Position numbers and translations under genes: made by a program | Part shown: piece after piece, positions 23,163 to 33,768 of the stretch | Layout of the letters: every line of letters starts with the position of its first letter | Position numbering within the stretch: position 1 is the first letter of the stretch | DNA from: Pachysolen tannophilus NRRL Y-2460 | Lineage: Eukaryota | Length of the DNA: 64,000 nucleotides | Assembly (NCBI GenBank): GCA_001661245.1 | Contig: KV454011.1 | Location: 1,080,724 to 1,144,723 of the forward strand | Direction of reading: 5' to 3' | The notes under the pieces: model-generated | What the model was told of the DNA's origin: nothing | Databases searched by the model: none | Seen by the model: only the letters and a program-made list of their open reading frames with translations

Positions 23163-24632
23163 ATGTCTCCGAGATACGATAATGATAATTTGCAACAACC
23201 CGAAGCGGTTCTGCCGACTGAAAATAATAATCAGGAGGAGGATGAAGAAAATTTAAATCTGTATGAATTAGAATCGTTGGATTCTTTAGATTTTGGAAAT
23301 GAAGATGCCACAATGATACCAGATGTTGAGTCTAACAATACTAATCATGAACTGAATCATTTTTCAGAAAATCAGAATAAGTCTACAATGAGAATGGCTT
23401 TCATGAACATGGCCAACAGTATTTTAGGAGCTGGTATAATAGGATTGCCTTTTGCTTTTAGAAATTGTGGCCTATTAGCAGGAATAGTTATGCTTGTGGT
23501 TTTAACGGTATTGATTGATTGGACTTTAAGGTTGATCATAATTAATAATAAATTATCTTCTCAAAAATCTTATCATGATACCGTTGAATTTTGTTTTGGT
23601 AAGACGGGTAGAATGGTAATATTACTTGCTCAAGGTTTATTTGCTTATGGTGGTTCCATGGCATTTTGTGTCATTATTGGTGATAGTATTCCTCATGTTT
23701 TAAGATCTTTTTTCGCTAAATTTGTTGAGAGTTCAAAGTTTATTGACGTTCTATTGAGTAGAAACGTTGTCATCATTGGGTTCACCATTGGAATAGCATA
23801 TCCGTTATCTATGAATAGAGATATCTCGAAATTAGCAAAAGCTAGTATGTTTGCATTAATTGGAATGCTTGTAATAGTGGCTATAGTTACAATTAGAGGA
23901 CCTATTGTTTCTTCGACTGTTAAAGTAAATTTTACAACTAGCGATATTATTATGAAATCGAGCATTTTCCAAGGAATTAGTGTAATATCGTTTGCTTTAG
24001 TATGCCATCATAATACAACTTTTATTTATGATTCAATGAAAAACCCTACGTTGGATCGTTTTACTAAACTAACACATATTTCGTGTTTTATTTCAATGTT
24101 AGCATGTGCCGTAATGGGTCTTGCAGGATTTTTATCATTTAAAGATAAGACAAAGGGAAATATTTTGAATAATTTCCCAAGTGATGATTTTGCAGTTAAT
24201 ATAGCAAGGTTTTTCTTTGGATTGAACATGTTAACAACGCTTCCATTGGAAATATTTGTTGTTAGAGAAATAGTAAAAGAAATTTTGTTACCAGAAGGTA
24301 AAGTAGAAGGCACGAACAAGAAAATTGTGTTGTCGGATAGACTGCATTTTATTATTACTTCTTTATTGGTATTTTCAAGTATGTCAGTTTCTTTGTTCAC
24401 TTGTAATCTAGGTGCTATTTTAGAATTGATCGGGGCAACTAGTGCTTCTTTAATGGCATACATTTTACCTCCGCTTTGTTATGCTAAAATGATTGGTGCC
24501 GAAAAATCCACCATGCAAAAGTTACCAGCTTACAGTTGTGCTGCTTTCGGATTTTTAGTTATGGGCTTTTCTACCATACAAACAATTAGCGGTGCAATTC
24601 ATGGAACTGATGCCAGCCATTGCGTTGCTTGA
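23163..24632 (+). CDS. AVT2: Vacuolar/ER amino acid transporter Avt2 (AAAP family)
   Basis: MRMAFMNMANSILGAGIIG, FQGISVISFALVCHHNT, KTKGNILNNFP; about 11 TM segments. Confidence 0.88.
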   Translation: MSPRYDNDNLQQPEAVLPTENNNQEEDEENLNLYELESLDSLDFGNEDATMIPDVESNNTNHELNHFSENQNKSTMRMAFMNMANSILGAGIIGLPFAFRNCGLLAGIVMLVVLTVLIDWTLRLIIINNKLSSQKSYHDTVEFCFGKTGRMVILLAQGLFAYGGSMAFCVIIGDSIPHVLRSFFAKFVESSKFIDVLLSRNVVIIGFTIGIAYPLSMNRDISKLAKASMFALIGMLVIVAIVTIRGPIVSSTVKVNFTTSDIIMKSSIFQGISVISFALVCHHNTTFIYDSMKNPTLDRFTKLTHISCFISMLACAVMGLAGFLSFKDKTKGNILNNFPSDDFAVNIARFFFGLNMLTTLPLEIFVVREIVKEILLPEGKVEGTNKKIVLSDRLHFIITSLLVFSSMSVSLFTCNLGAILELIGATSASLMAYILPPLCYAKMIGAEKSTMQKLPAYSCAAFGFLVMGFSTIQTISGAIHGTDASHCVA

Positions 24633-24819
24633 AATAGTTTTCACTATAGATAGATTAATTACTACTAATATAAGTGGTTTCGATTTGCAGTTCTTATTTT
24701 GAACTAATATTCTATCTGAATGCGATATGTTCTCATTTGAAAACTATAAATAAATATTTAAGTATTAAAATGAATCAAAGACTTACTTGCATAAATTTAA
24801 GGAACTCTACATAACACCT

Positions 24820-27800
24820 TCAATCATCGTCACTGTCGATGACTCTTCTTACTTTTTTTCTGATGACGGGTTCATCATCTTGAGAACCAAGTTCTTCATC
24901 ATCATCTTCTTCTTTATTAACAATCGATCTCTTGGAAGCATTCCTACTAGAATCAGAGTTCAAGGATGGCATAGTTGTATAACTGACCTCCTCCTGTTCG
25001 TCGGAGCCTGAGGAGTTATCAGAATCAGAGTCCAATGAATTATTTTGAGTTTTATTTTCATGAGATTCATGTTCAAGATCGCTCTGTATAGCAGTTACGG
25101 ATCCTTTTTCTGCCTGTGTTTCATTAAAATCAAGTGCGAAACTATTTTGGCTTAAAGAATCTTCACGAGAATTAATAGATGGAATCTGTGGTGTTATTGA
25201 AGTTGCATGTTGTGAAGGAGAAAAAAACTCAGATCTGTCTCTGAATGTTTTCCAACTTCCATCAGAAAACATTTTTATCAGTTCGTCAGTTAATTTCCCA
25301 CCATTCATATCCAACAAACGCCTTAACAATCTTTCTTTCTCAAAAAATTCCGCTGTGGCCTCATCATCAGACTCATCATCAACAAATTCAGAAGATTTGA
25401 ACGTGTGATAGCTTTGTTTAGCTTTTTGCTGTTCTTCACCTTCGTCATCAGAAATTGCGTACTTTGGAAGAGCTTTGTCTCTATTGGTTTTCGACGATGT
25501 CTTCTTTTTCTTGCTTTTAATTACTTCTGAGGACCTGTTACTAGCCTTTTTAATTCCCTTTTTCAATTTCCGTCTCGCTTGACCTAATGGAAGTTTAGTT
25601 ACATTATCATCTTTACCGTGTTCGTCAATTCTCTTTTCGAGTTCATCCAATTGATCCAACAGTGATGTATCAGCTGCATTTTTACCGCCGCCTTCGAGCT
25701 CAAATGCAATTGCTTCATCGTCTTCATCGCTATAGCCATCATTCGCAGTAACAAAATTATCATATCCAAAATCGCCATCTTCCTGTTCTTCATAATACAC
25801 GTTCTTAGATATTATATAATCAGCTGCTGTTTTCCCTTGTGGGAAAACAACAGGCTCCTGTAAATATTTAGAAACAAAACTCAATTGTAATAATAAAGTG
25901 TCCAAATTAACGTCAGTAGCATAAAGGATACACCTTTCCAAAATTGTAGAAGGCAACCGGAAACCAAGAGTTTGTAAAAGAAGTCTCAACCTACCGTTTT
26001 TCAATAAAAGTTTTCTGTCTTCAGATGTTTTAGTCTCAAAAACAGCATCAGGAGCAGTTGTTTCATCTATAGCAGAAACGTTTTTATCACTTCCGTCTCC
26101 CAGTTCTTGCTCAAGAACCCTGAATTGCTCTTGTGTACTAATCCAGTCACTTCTGCTGTCAGAAATTTTTGAAAGCTGTTCTTTGACCAACTCTACAAGT
26201 TCTCTCTCTCCTTCATCTATCATTGAGGCAACGATTATAGAAATTTTTTCCTCTAACTCCTCAAAGGAGTTTTCATTTCCTGGATTCAATTTCTTGGTCT
26301 TAACAACTAAATCTTTAGCAACTGTGATGTCCTTCAGTTCCAGTTCTTTGAATAACTCGCCATGTTCCAAATAATATCTGATTCTATTCTCCTTAAATAC
26401 GGATGTAAATGGAAGTTCCACAAACAACGCTGGGGTTTTCTCCAATTGCTTTACCAACTGTTTCATGAATAATTTTGTAAAATTGATAACTTCAGATTTA
26501 ACAGGTGAAGATCTTGGAAGGGAAATTGGCTCATTTCCACAAATTTGGTGAAGTAATAGCATAAAGTCCAAACGATATAGTTCTATATGATGTTCACTCT
26601 TGTAGAAGACTCGATGAAAATATGATAAGCACCTTTTAATATCTTGCAGTTCTAATTCTTGGAATCTGGAAAATAATGCTATATGAGTTTGAATGGTGTC
26701 TTTATGTATAAACTTGGCTTGATGTCTAGCAAAGTCTATTTTCTTCCGGGTGACACTTTTGGCGTCTTCTTCATCACTTGAGTCCACCTCCGAATCGTCT
26801 ACTTCTTGTTGATCATTTTCATTATTTGATTTTTTGGGTTTCCGCTTGCGAACAACTTCAGTGGTGATTACTTTTTCCTGTTTAGAAAATCTCTCCAAAA
26901 TTTTTAAGACAACATAGACAAACTGCACAGTGGCTAGCAAGTAATCAGGAGAAATTTTATATGCATTTTTCGGAATATTTGCAAGTAAATCTAATGTATC
27001 TGTTCTGTTAAATAACCTTTCTTTTATTCCTTCTGAAATCAAAATATCTCTTGTCGCAGTAGCTGTATTTCCTATTAGATCAGCAAATGATAAAACTTGT
27101 TTGAAACACTCCATTGTAGACTGTACTAATGACCATAATCTACCTTCATAAGCACTTCGCATTGAAGTAATTACCACCGCTATAAATTCCTGCTCTAAGG
27201 CCCTTGTAAATAACCCGTTATCTATTTCCTGAACTTCGTTTGCTATTCTTCTTTCAGTTTCAAACTCCAATGTCCAACCTACAAGCATGAAAAATTGATA
27301 TTTATGCATCGATAAAAAGGCATCAGGATCTGCTGTAATCCTATTTCTAATAGAGTAGACCAAAGGATTAAAACATCCCTCTATAAAACTTGCGATAAAC
27401 TCTTTTAAAATGTGGATTGCTTGAATATTTAAGAATCTTTCTATGTTTTGTTTTCCTAATTGTTCGTCAATTTCACCATCACCTCTAACTTTTAAGTTTA
27501 AAGTACCAGTATTTGTTAGACGCCAATTTTTCGATGCATCTAATTGTGCTAATGCTGATGAGTTCTCAGTTATACCTTTCTGGCCAGAAATTGTCAATCT
27601 TCCATGATCTACAGTTTGCAATGAAAGTAATGTACCAAACCTAGCATGTCTTGCAGAAGTTCCCTTAACAAGTAGTTTTTTCAATTTTGCCTCTTGTTGC
27701 AATAAATCCTGAAGTTGAAAATTTGCTTCTGAACTGATTTCTGTCGTTTGTGGAGAAATTGTTTGCTGTTTTGAATTATTGATGATATTTGTAGAATTGT

Positions 27801-28893
27801 GAAGTGGAGTGGAGTGAGGTTGCAGTTGTGTTTTTTCGATAAACAACTTTCGTGTATTCACACCTTTAGTAATATAATAAAAACATTCTAAACATGAGGT
27901 TCCAAGTATACTACTATCAAATTCGGAACCAAGGGTGTTTGTAATGGTAAGGAAAAAATCTAATACTTTGTTTTTTTCAAAGCTTAAGAGAATAGTGTTC
28001 AATGAAATATCATCCAAACTAACGTCTTCTGGTAAATTTTCCTGGATTATAGTTTGTTTTGAAGTCTTTGATGTTGATACCGTCAGATCTGCTGGTTCAA
28101 TTTTCAAAATATTTCTGAAAAATACAATGCACAATTTCAATATAGTATTATCTCTTGGAGTCCTATCTTCTTTAGATTTTTTCAAAATTGGCAAGGTTAA
28201 TCGCACAACTGCCCTCAACGCTTTACCATTTGAATATGCTAAAATGTGTTTCTTGTATGTAATTTGTGCTTTCTTTAATGCTGCGTAATATTTTACTTGA
28301 TTATTTGTTGACTCTTTAGTTAATTGGAAAGGCCATGTCAATGGAACTAATAATTCCACTATAACTAAGATTATTTTCTCCATATAATTTTTATTTTTCA
28401 CCTTCTTTTTACTTGATTCATCTTCCCATTGTGCTAAAATTACAATCAAGTCATTTACAACTAGTCCAGACTCTGCACAAGCTATTGCCACATCCAATTT
28501 TCTAGTTTCTTCATCCACAGATTTTAACCATCTTTTTATATCTTTCAAACAAGCCAAAGCATCATCACCTAATTTATATGGTTGTGGAACCTGATCAGAA
28601 GAATAATCAATACCACCAAGAGCAGAGCACAAAATGGATATATGTGCTTTAAGTATCTGTTCTGTTTTGTTTAAAGCAGATGAATTTAGGTTCACTGCTT
28701 CTCCGATTGGATCCTTCTTTACTTGAACAGTTTTTTCTTCTTCTTCAATTTCGAGCTCTTCACTTTCTAAAGAGTGGTCTGTTCGACTGCCTTCACTGTC
28801 GTTAAAGTGGTTCATATCACCTTCATCATCAATTATAAATGAATCTTCTTCATCAGGCAGCAAGGACGACATTTTTTCCAAGGTTGAATTCAT
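24820..28893 (-). CDS. TOF1: Replication fork protection complex subunit Tof1/Swi1 (Timeless)
   Basis: ILCSALGG, YKLGDDALACLKDIKRWL, RHARFGTLLS and LYRLDF Timeless motifs. First ATG at 28893; the track starts at GTG 28902. Confidence 0.92.
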   Translation of the reverse strand: MNSTLEKMSSLLPDEEDSFIIDDEGDMNHFNDSEGSRTDHSLESEELEIEEEEKTVQVKKDPIGEAVNLNSSALNKTEQILKAHISILCSALGGIDYSSDQVPQPYKLGDDALACLKDIKRWLKSVDEETRKLDVAIACAESGLVVNDLIVILAQWEDESSKKKVKNKNYMEKIILVIVELLVPLTWPFQLTKESTNNQVKYYAALKKAQITYKKHILAYSNGKALRAVVRLTLPILKKSKEDRTPRDNTILKLCIVFFRNILKIEPADLTVSTSKTSKQTIIQENLPEDVSLDDISLNTILLSFEKNKVLDFFLTITNTLGSEFDSSILGTSCLECFYYITKGVNTRKLFIEKTQLQPHSTPLHNSTNIINNSKQQTISPQTTEISSEANFQLQDLLQQEAKLKKLLVKGTSARHARFGTLLSLQTVDHGRLTISGQKGITENSSALAQLDASKNWRLTNTGTLNLKVRGDGEIDEQLGKQNIERFLNIQAIHILKEFIASFIEGCFNPLVYSIRNRITADPDAFLSMHKYQFFMLVGWTLEFETERRIANEVQEIDNGLFTRALEQEFIAVVITSMRSAYEGRLWSLVQSTMECFKQVLSFADLIGNTATATRDILISEGIKERLFNRTDTLDLLANIPKNAYKISPDYLLATVQFVYVVLKILERFSKQEKVITTEVVRKRKPKKSNNENDQQEVDDSEVDSSDEEDAKSVTRKKIDFARHQAKFIHKDTIQTHIALFSRFQELELQDIKRCLSYFHRVFYKSEHHIELYRLDFMLLLHQICGNEPISLPRSSPVKSEVINFTKLFMKQLVKQLEKTPALFVELPFTSVFKENRIRYYLEHGELFKELELKDITVAKDLVVKTKKLNPGNENSFEELEEKISIIVASMIDEGERELVELVKEQLSKISDSRSDWISTQEQFRVLEQELGDGSDKNVSAIDETTAPDAVFETKTSEDRKLLLKNGRLRLLLQTLGFRLPSTILERCILYATDVNLDTLLLQLSFVSKYLQEPVVFPQGKTAADYIISKNVYYEEQEDGDFGYDNFVTANDGYSDEDDEAIAFELEGGGKNAADTSLLDQLDELEKRIDEHGKDDNVTKLPLGQARRKLKKGIKKASNRSSEVIKSKKKKTSSKTNRDKALPKYAISDDEGEEQQKAKQSYHTFKSSEFVDDESDDEATAEFFEKERLLRRLLDMNGGKLTDELIKMFSDGSWKTFRDRSEFFSPSQHATSITPQIPSINSREDSLSQNSFALDFNETQAEKGSVTAIQSDLEHESHENKTQNNSLDSDSDNSSGSDEQEEVSYTTMPSLNSDSSRNASKRSIVNKEEDDDEELGSQDDEPVIRKKVRRVIDSDDD

Positions 28894-28978
28894 CCAGATC
28901 ACTTCTTCATAAAGTTGGCTTTGAAAGTAAAAAATACCAGATTTATTCTAATCTTTCATTTCAAGTTTTTATCTGTTG

Positions 28979-29004
28979 ACGCGTGAGATGAAAAAAAGTC
29001 GCGT
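28979..29004. promoter_or_regulatory. Two MCB elements in the TOF1 promoter
   Basis: ACGCGT at 28979-28984 and TCGCGT at 28999-29004, about 90-110 nt upstream of the ATG. Confidence 0.65.
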
Positions 29005-29388
29005 AAAAAATGGAAATAAAAATTTGGGCGGAATTTATCTTTTTTTGCCGCCCAAATTAGCCGCCTTATTTTGGCGGGTAAAATTGATATTTTCCCGCCT
29101 AATTTTGTTTCTAGTTGGCGACATCTTATCCAGAAAGTCCAAGATCTTTAATACCGATATTACAGCAATTGAAATCTGACTGAAGCAAATAAATAGAAAA
29201 ACCTAGTAGTTGTAGGATTAGCATTTGTAGGATTTGTAATTTTTTGGAACATCTTATCTACTTCAGAATAAAAAAAAACTGTTTTTGTTGTGACTACAAC
29301 AGCATGATTAAAACTAAATTTATTAATACGATTAATACTATATTTCATCTAAGATGTATCCTTTTTTTTACAGCAATCAAAAAACATT

Positions 29389-30730
29389 TCACCATAATGG
29401 GTCACCTCCACAGTTGAATAAAACTTTGTTTGGAGTAAAAGGCCTGAACAAAAAATCATTTTGTGGAATTGCTCCATTAGTTCCGTACATTTTTGTTCTT
29501 TTAATAGCTTCCGTTGCAGTATCATTCATCCCCATAAAGTAGGAAACTAGTCCTGCTGCAATGCCAGCAGACATTGAAGTTCCACTTTTGAGTACAACAG
29601 ATTTTTCAGCATTAGGATGAGCATCACTTGCTAAAGTTGGAACATCTACTCCAGAAGCAAAGATATCTACACACGCTCCCCAATTGGAAAATTCTGAAAT
29701 ATGATCAGAATCATTTATATCAATAGCACCAACAGTCAAGACACCATTGACTGATGCTGGAGTGAGCTCGCAAGCATTTTGGTTTGAATTTCCCGCCCCT
29801 GTAACAACAGCAATTCCTCGTTCCACTACTGCTTCTATTGCATGATTTAATAAATGTGTTTTTTGTGACATTCCTAAAGCTAAAACTATTACAGATGGTC
29901 TTTTCGTTTCTTCAATTTCAAGCACCGCACTATTTAACGCTTTAAGTATAGTTGATACATGAGTATACCCTTTTTTATTAACAACTTTATAATCTATCAA
30001 GTTTGCTTTTTTAGCAATACCAAAAGTTTCCGACCCAATTACACCTGCAACCGCAGTTCCATGACCATTTGGATCTTGAAGTAACTTTGATTCTCCAGAA
30101 GCATCATTTATAACAAAGTTCCCACCTTTTCTTACCCTTCCTGAAAAATCAGGATGATCTCTATATATACCTGTATCGAAAATATAAATATCAACTCCAA
30201 TGGCTGCTGCTGAATCGTATACATATTCAAATTCTTGAAATCCTTTTAATTTTTGGCGTTGAGAAAGTCTTGCAAGGTGTTTTGGAGCAAAACTTTGCAC
30301 TTGAAGTAGCTCCAATCTTCTATCAAAAGTTATACTTTTAATCTTCATTTGAAAAAAAAAAAAAAGAAAAAAAAAAAAATAAAATGACAATTAGTTTAAA
30401 TTCAATAAAGGTAATTTCTATCTATTAAACAGAAAAAAATGATGAAAAAAAAAAAAAAACACTTACATTTTTATCAAAATAAGCAGATTTTAAAAGATTT
30501 ATCCCAAAATCTCCCTTTATAGCTTTAAATTGTCCAATACTTATTGTTTCAAACCCAATATTTTGAGTCTTTAGTTTTGTAGAACCTAAAAATTGATCAT
30601 ATTTACTAACAAAATTAGAGAAAGTTTCACCTGTGTTTAATTCCAATATTAATTTAATTCCATTAACACTAACTAATTGTAAAAAAAATAAAGTTAAAAC
30701 CCAGAAATCTGGGATTCTTATAAACATCAT
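29389..30730 (-). CDS. RRT12: Subtilisin-like (S8) protease Rrt12/Osw3-like; exons 30730-30467 and 30342-29389; 405 aa
   Basis: Exon 1 encodes a signal peptide and an I9-like prodomain. Exon 2 has APKHLARLSQ and an intact triad (FDTG, HGTAVAG, SGTSMS). Splicing joins two ORF-track fragments in frame (..DKN|IKSITFD..). Confidence 0.82.
30343..30466 (-). other. Spliceosomal intron of RRT12 (124 nt)
   Basis: GTAAGT donor, AACTAAT branch (30396-30390), long T tract; the first downstream AG is AAG and gives a phase-0 in-frame join. Confidence 0.75.
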
Positions 30731-30986
30731 TTAATCTTTACAAAAAAACAATATTATTAATTTTTAATTCTCTAAGTTTCAATTTATTAAAAAGGGAAAA
30801 CGGTTAAAAGATAAATTAGGGTTGATATGTTGTTATTATGTTTATACCCCCAAAATCTTGATTATGCACCACAAACAGCAATACATACATTTAATACATA
30901 TACAATACATGTGACGTTTAATACACTACTGTTTTTTATTTAATAATAATACAAAAGAAACCATATATCGTTTCAACTATGAAGCT

Positions 30987-31263
30987 TCATAAATTCATGA
31001 AAGAGCCCAAGCTGCTCATATTATTCCCACTTTCTCGGGACTGATCACTGAAATTCCCCAAACTTTTACCACTATCCTCACTACGTTCCTCGTCATCTAT
31101 ACTATCTTCATCTTCATCTTCGAAACCGTCATCGTCATTTTCTTCATCATCATCTTCATCATCTTCTTCTTCATTATCGTCGTCCTCATCGTTGTAAACA
31201 CCAAGATCTGCTCCTTTAACATCAGATTCTCCTTGGTTTCGACTCTGTAGAATATTGGTATTA

Positions 31264-31302
<39 letters not shown>

Positions 31303-32131
31303 TCGGCGTTAGAAGGACTATTGGATGAATATCCATAATAATTTGAATTATCATATTTAGTTATATTTGTTGGACTTATTCCTTCCATATCAAATTCTGT
31401 TGCTGGCGTTGCAGAAAATTCTTCTCTTAATTGTTGATCAACAGACTGTGCGGTTCTTAAAGTTGTTGGAACCAATGTAGGTAAATCTGAATTTGAACCC
31501 ACGGTTGCATGATGATCCATATGCATTAAAGAATTTTTGGAAAGAGGTCTATTACTATTTTTAGGTCTATTCTTTGGATTTTTCCTATGATAAGGTCTTT
31601 TCGGTTTAACACTATCCTTTCTCAGTCTTAATTCTTCCAGTTCAAATTCTCTATATTTCGCCAAATAAATTTTTAAAGTTTCTGCGTAATTTTCAAAACC
31701 TAAAGTATACATGGAAAATAAAATATCTTCCCCATTCAAAGTTTTCCTTTTTTCAAGAAGACATTTTTCTGCAGCTTGAGAGGTTATAAAAGATATAAAT
31801 TCACTAACACATTCTTGAGCAGTTTCCTTTGCTTCTTTTGAAAGTTTCCCATGAGGCGGCAATGCATTTCTCATTACTCTTCCAACTATGATATAAAAAA
31901 AAAAAAAAAAAAATTTTTACAGTTAGTAAATTAAGTAAAATAAAAAAGTATATTAATATATAGGTTTAAAATTTTAAACTTACCATTCGCAATTGGCAAA
32001 TACCTATCCTGCTCCCTGACCTCAAACAACGGCGGAGATTGCAGCAGCAGCAGCTGCTGCTGCTCACTGCTATGGGCTCTTGTTTCTTCTTTATCTTGGT
32101 TTTCATCTGGAATTCTTATAAATTCAGACAT
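30987..32131 (-). CDS. HAP3: CCAAT-binding factor subunit Hap3 (NF-YB) with long Asn/acidic tail; exons 32131-31984 and 31885-30987; 348 aa
   Basis: Spliced [52 protein letters not shown] histone-fold motif. Confidence 0.9.
31886..31983 (-). other. Spliceosomal intron of HAP3 (98 nt)
   Basis: GTAAGT donor, TACTAAC branch at 31928-31922, T tract, TAG acceptor; phase 1 restores the conserved ANVGR. Confidence 0.92.
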
Positions 32132-32723
32132 ATTTTTCCTTTTTCAAAATCAAAAAAAAAAAAAACACACAATTCTTTTCTCTGTCATTCAGTTATCAAA
32201 CTTATCGAAACTGAAAAGTTTATTATCTTTCTATTTATCTTTCTCTTTCTTTCTCTTCAATTGGTAGTTACCGGAAAGTATTTCTCGGTCAATGATGATG
32301 CAAGCTTTTATTATAGCGGGCGGGAAAACAACAGCAAAAAAGCAAAAAAAAAAACACACAAAAAAAAAAAAAAGATTATAGCACTAATTCTAGGATTGAA
32401 TATTATAAAATGAGAAAAATCATTAAGGAATGCTATTATGTTTTTCTTCTTTTTCCCATGAATGTATTAAAATCTAATAATTTCAAAGAAGAAGTAATAA
32501 TAATATCTAAATTTTATCTGTTTACTGATCGAATAGATAATTTTCTTATGTGTTAGCGTTGAAAAAAAGAAAAAAATTTTTTCAATTTTTTTTTAATTTT
32601 TCTTCGCTGCGTTTTACGAGCCTTTCCGGTACTTTTTCAGTGAGGTGAAAAAAAACCAAAAAAAAGAAAATTAAAGAGCGATATAAAGTAAATTTCTTTA
32701 TAATAAAGAAACTGCACCTGTAG

Positions 32724-32773
32724 TTTCAATTTCAATTTCAGTTTCAGTTTTAGGTCAGGTCAGGTCAGGTCAG
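32724..32773. repeat. Adjacent short tandem repeats (TTTCAR)4 and (AGGTC)4
   Basis: Read directly in the HAP3-CLN3 intergenic region. Confidence 0.75.
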
Positions 32774-33753
32774 TCAATGAAGTCATCCGCTCGACTTTTT
32801 TTTTTTTTTTTTTTTCTTTCCTTCTCTCTGTTAATTACATATGTTTCTACTCACCCACTCAACCAACAACATATTAAATAAGCATTTGAATTTGTTGCGA
32901 GTGACGTTAACTAATTAATTAATACCTTTTCCCTTTTTTTTTATTGTTTCGTTTCGTACTTATCGAAACAATCTTAATTTCCCAAGGTCATGTGACCCGT
33001 AATGGAAAGCACAAACTAATTTCGGAGGTAGTGCATAAAGAAACACATACATACGGTTCTGCCAAAAAAAAAAAAAAACAAAAAAGAAACGGGTATTTTT
33101 TCAAAAACGGACGTGTTGTTTTAAACAATTTATCACTCTTTCTGAAATGGCTTCACGCGGTACAGTAGTAGTAGGTACAGTAGTAGACCAGAGTAGATTA
33201 CAGTAGGGTACACGCTCTTTTAGTTTCTTTGCAGAATACTAAATATGGAATATGAACCAGTACAAAGAATTAACTATTAACTGCAACTAAACAATCAAAT
33301 CTTAAGTGTAAATATATTGGTCTGTGCCCATTCTTCTAGTGCTCATTAACCATTTTTCAATGCATTGTTTAGTCTACGAGAACGTGTAAAAATTTTTATC
33401 TTTTGTTCTTTTAATGTCGTGGGTGTCATGACAATATATATATAAATATATTTCCTTTTTTGATCGAACAATTAAAAGAATTCAACGCGAGAGCCGTGTT
33501 GTTGGTACTGTTAAAGTAACCTCTGCAGATCTAGCTAGTTTCCTAAAAGAGAAATAACCTCCAACAACAGGAACGGGGGATGCGCTGGAGTACGCTGAAA
33601 AGCTCTGAAGTGCGTTAAAGAGCGCTAAAAAGCTCTGAAAAAACAGTGCATTTTTTGGTACATCTCTGCGCATCTTATTGCATGAAAAATGTAGGGAAAA
33701 TATTAAAATATTAAAATATTAACAAGAAACCCTTTCCAAAAAGGACGCAAATA

Positions 33754-33768
33754 GTAAACAAAACGCGT
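33754..33768. promoter_or_regulatory. Forkhead site (GTAAACA) next to an MCB (ACGCGT) upstream of the G1 cyclin
   Basis: GTAAACA at 33754-33760 and ACGCGT at 33763-33768; further ACGCGA at 33485-33490 and TCGCGT at 34010-34015. Confidence 0.4.

Noticed and set aside
29197..29271. Plus-strand frame KNLVVVGLAFVGFVIFWNILSTSE (TM-like) containing an Sm-site-like AATTTTTTGG
   Set aside because: No start codon or good splice donor/branch, and no U4 or U5 core motifs upstream; it arises from a TTGTAGGATT duplication.
33539..33745. Mcm1/ECB-like sites TTTCCTAAAAGAGAAA and TTTCCAAAAAGG upstream of CLN3
   Set aside because: Neither has a proper CC(N6)GG core.
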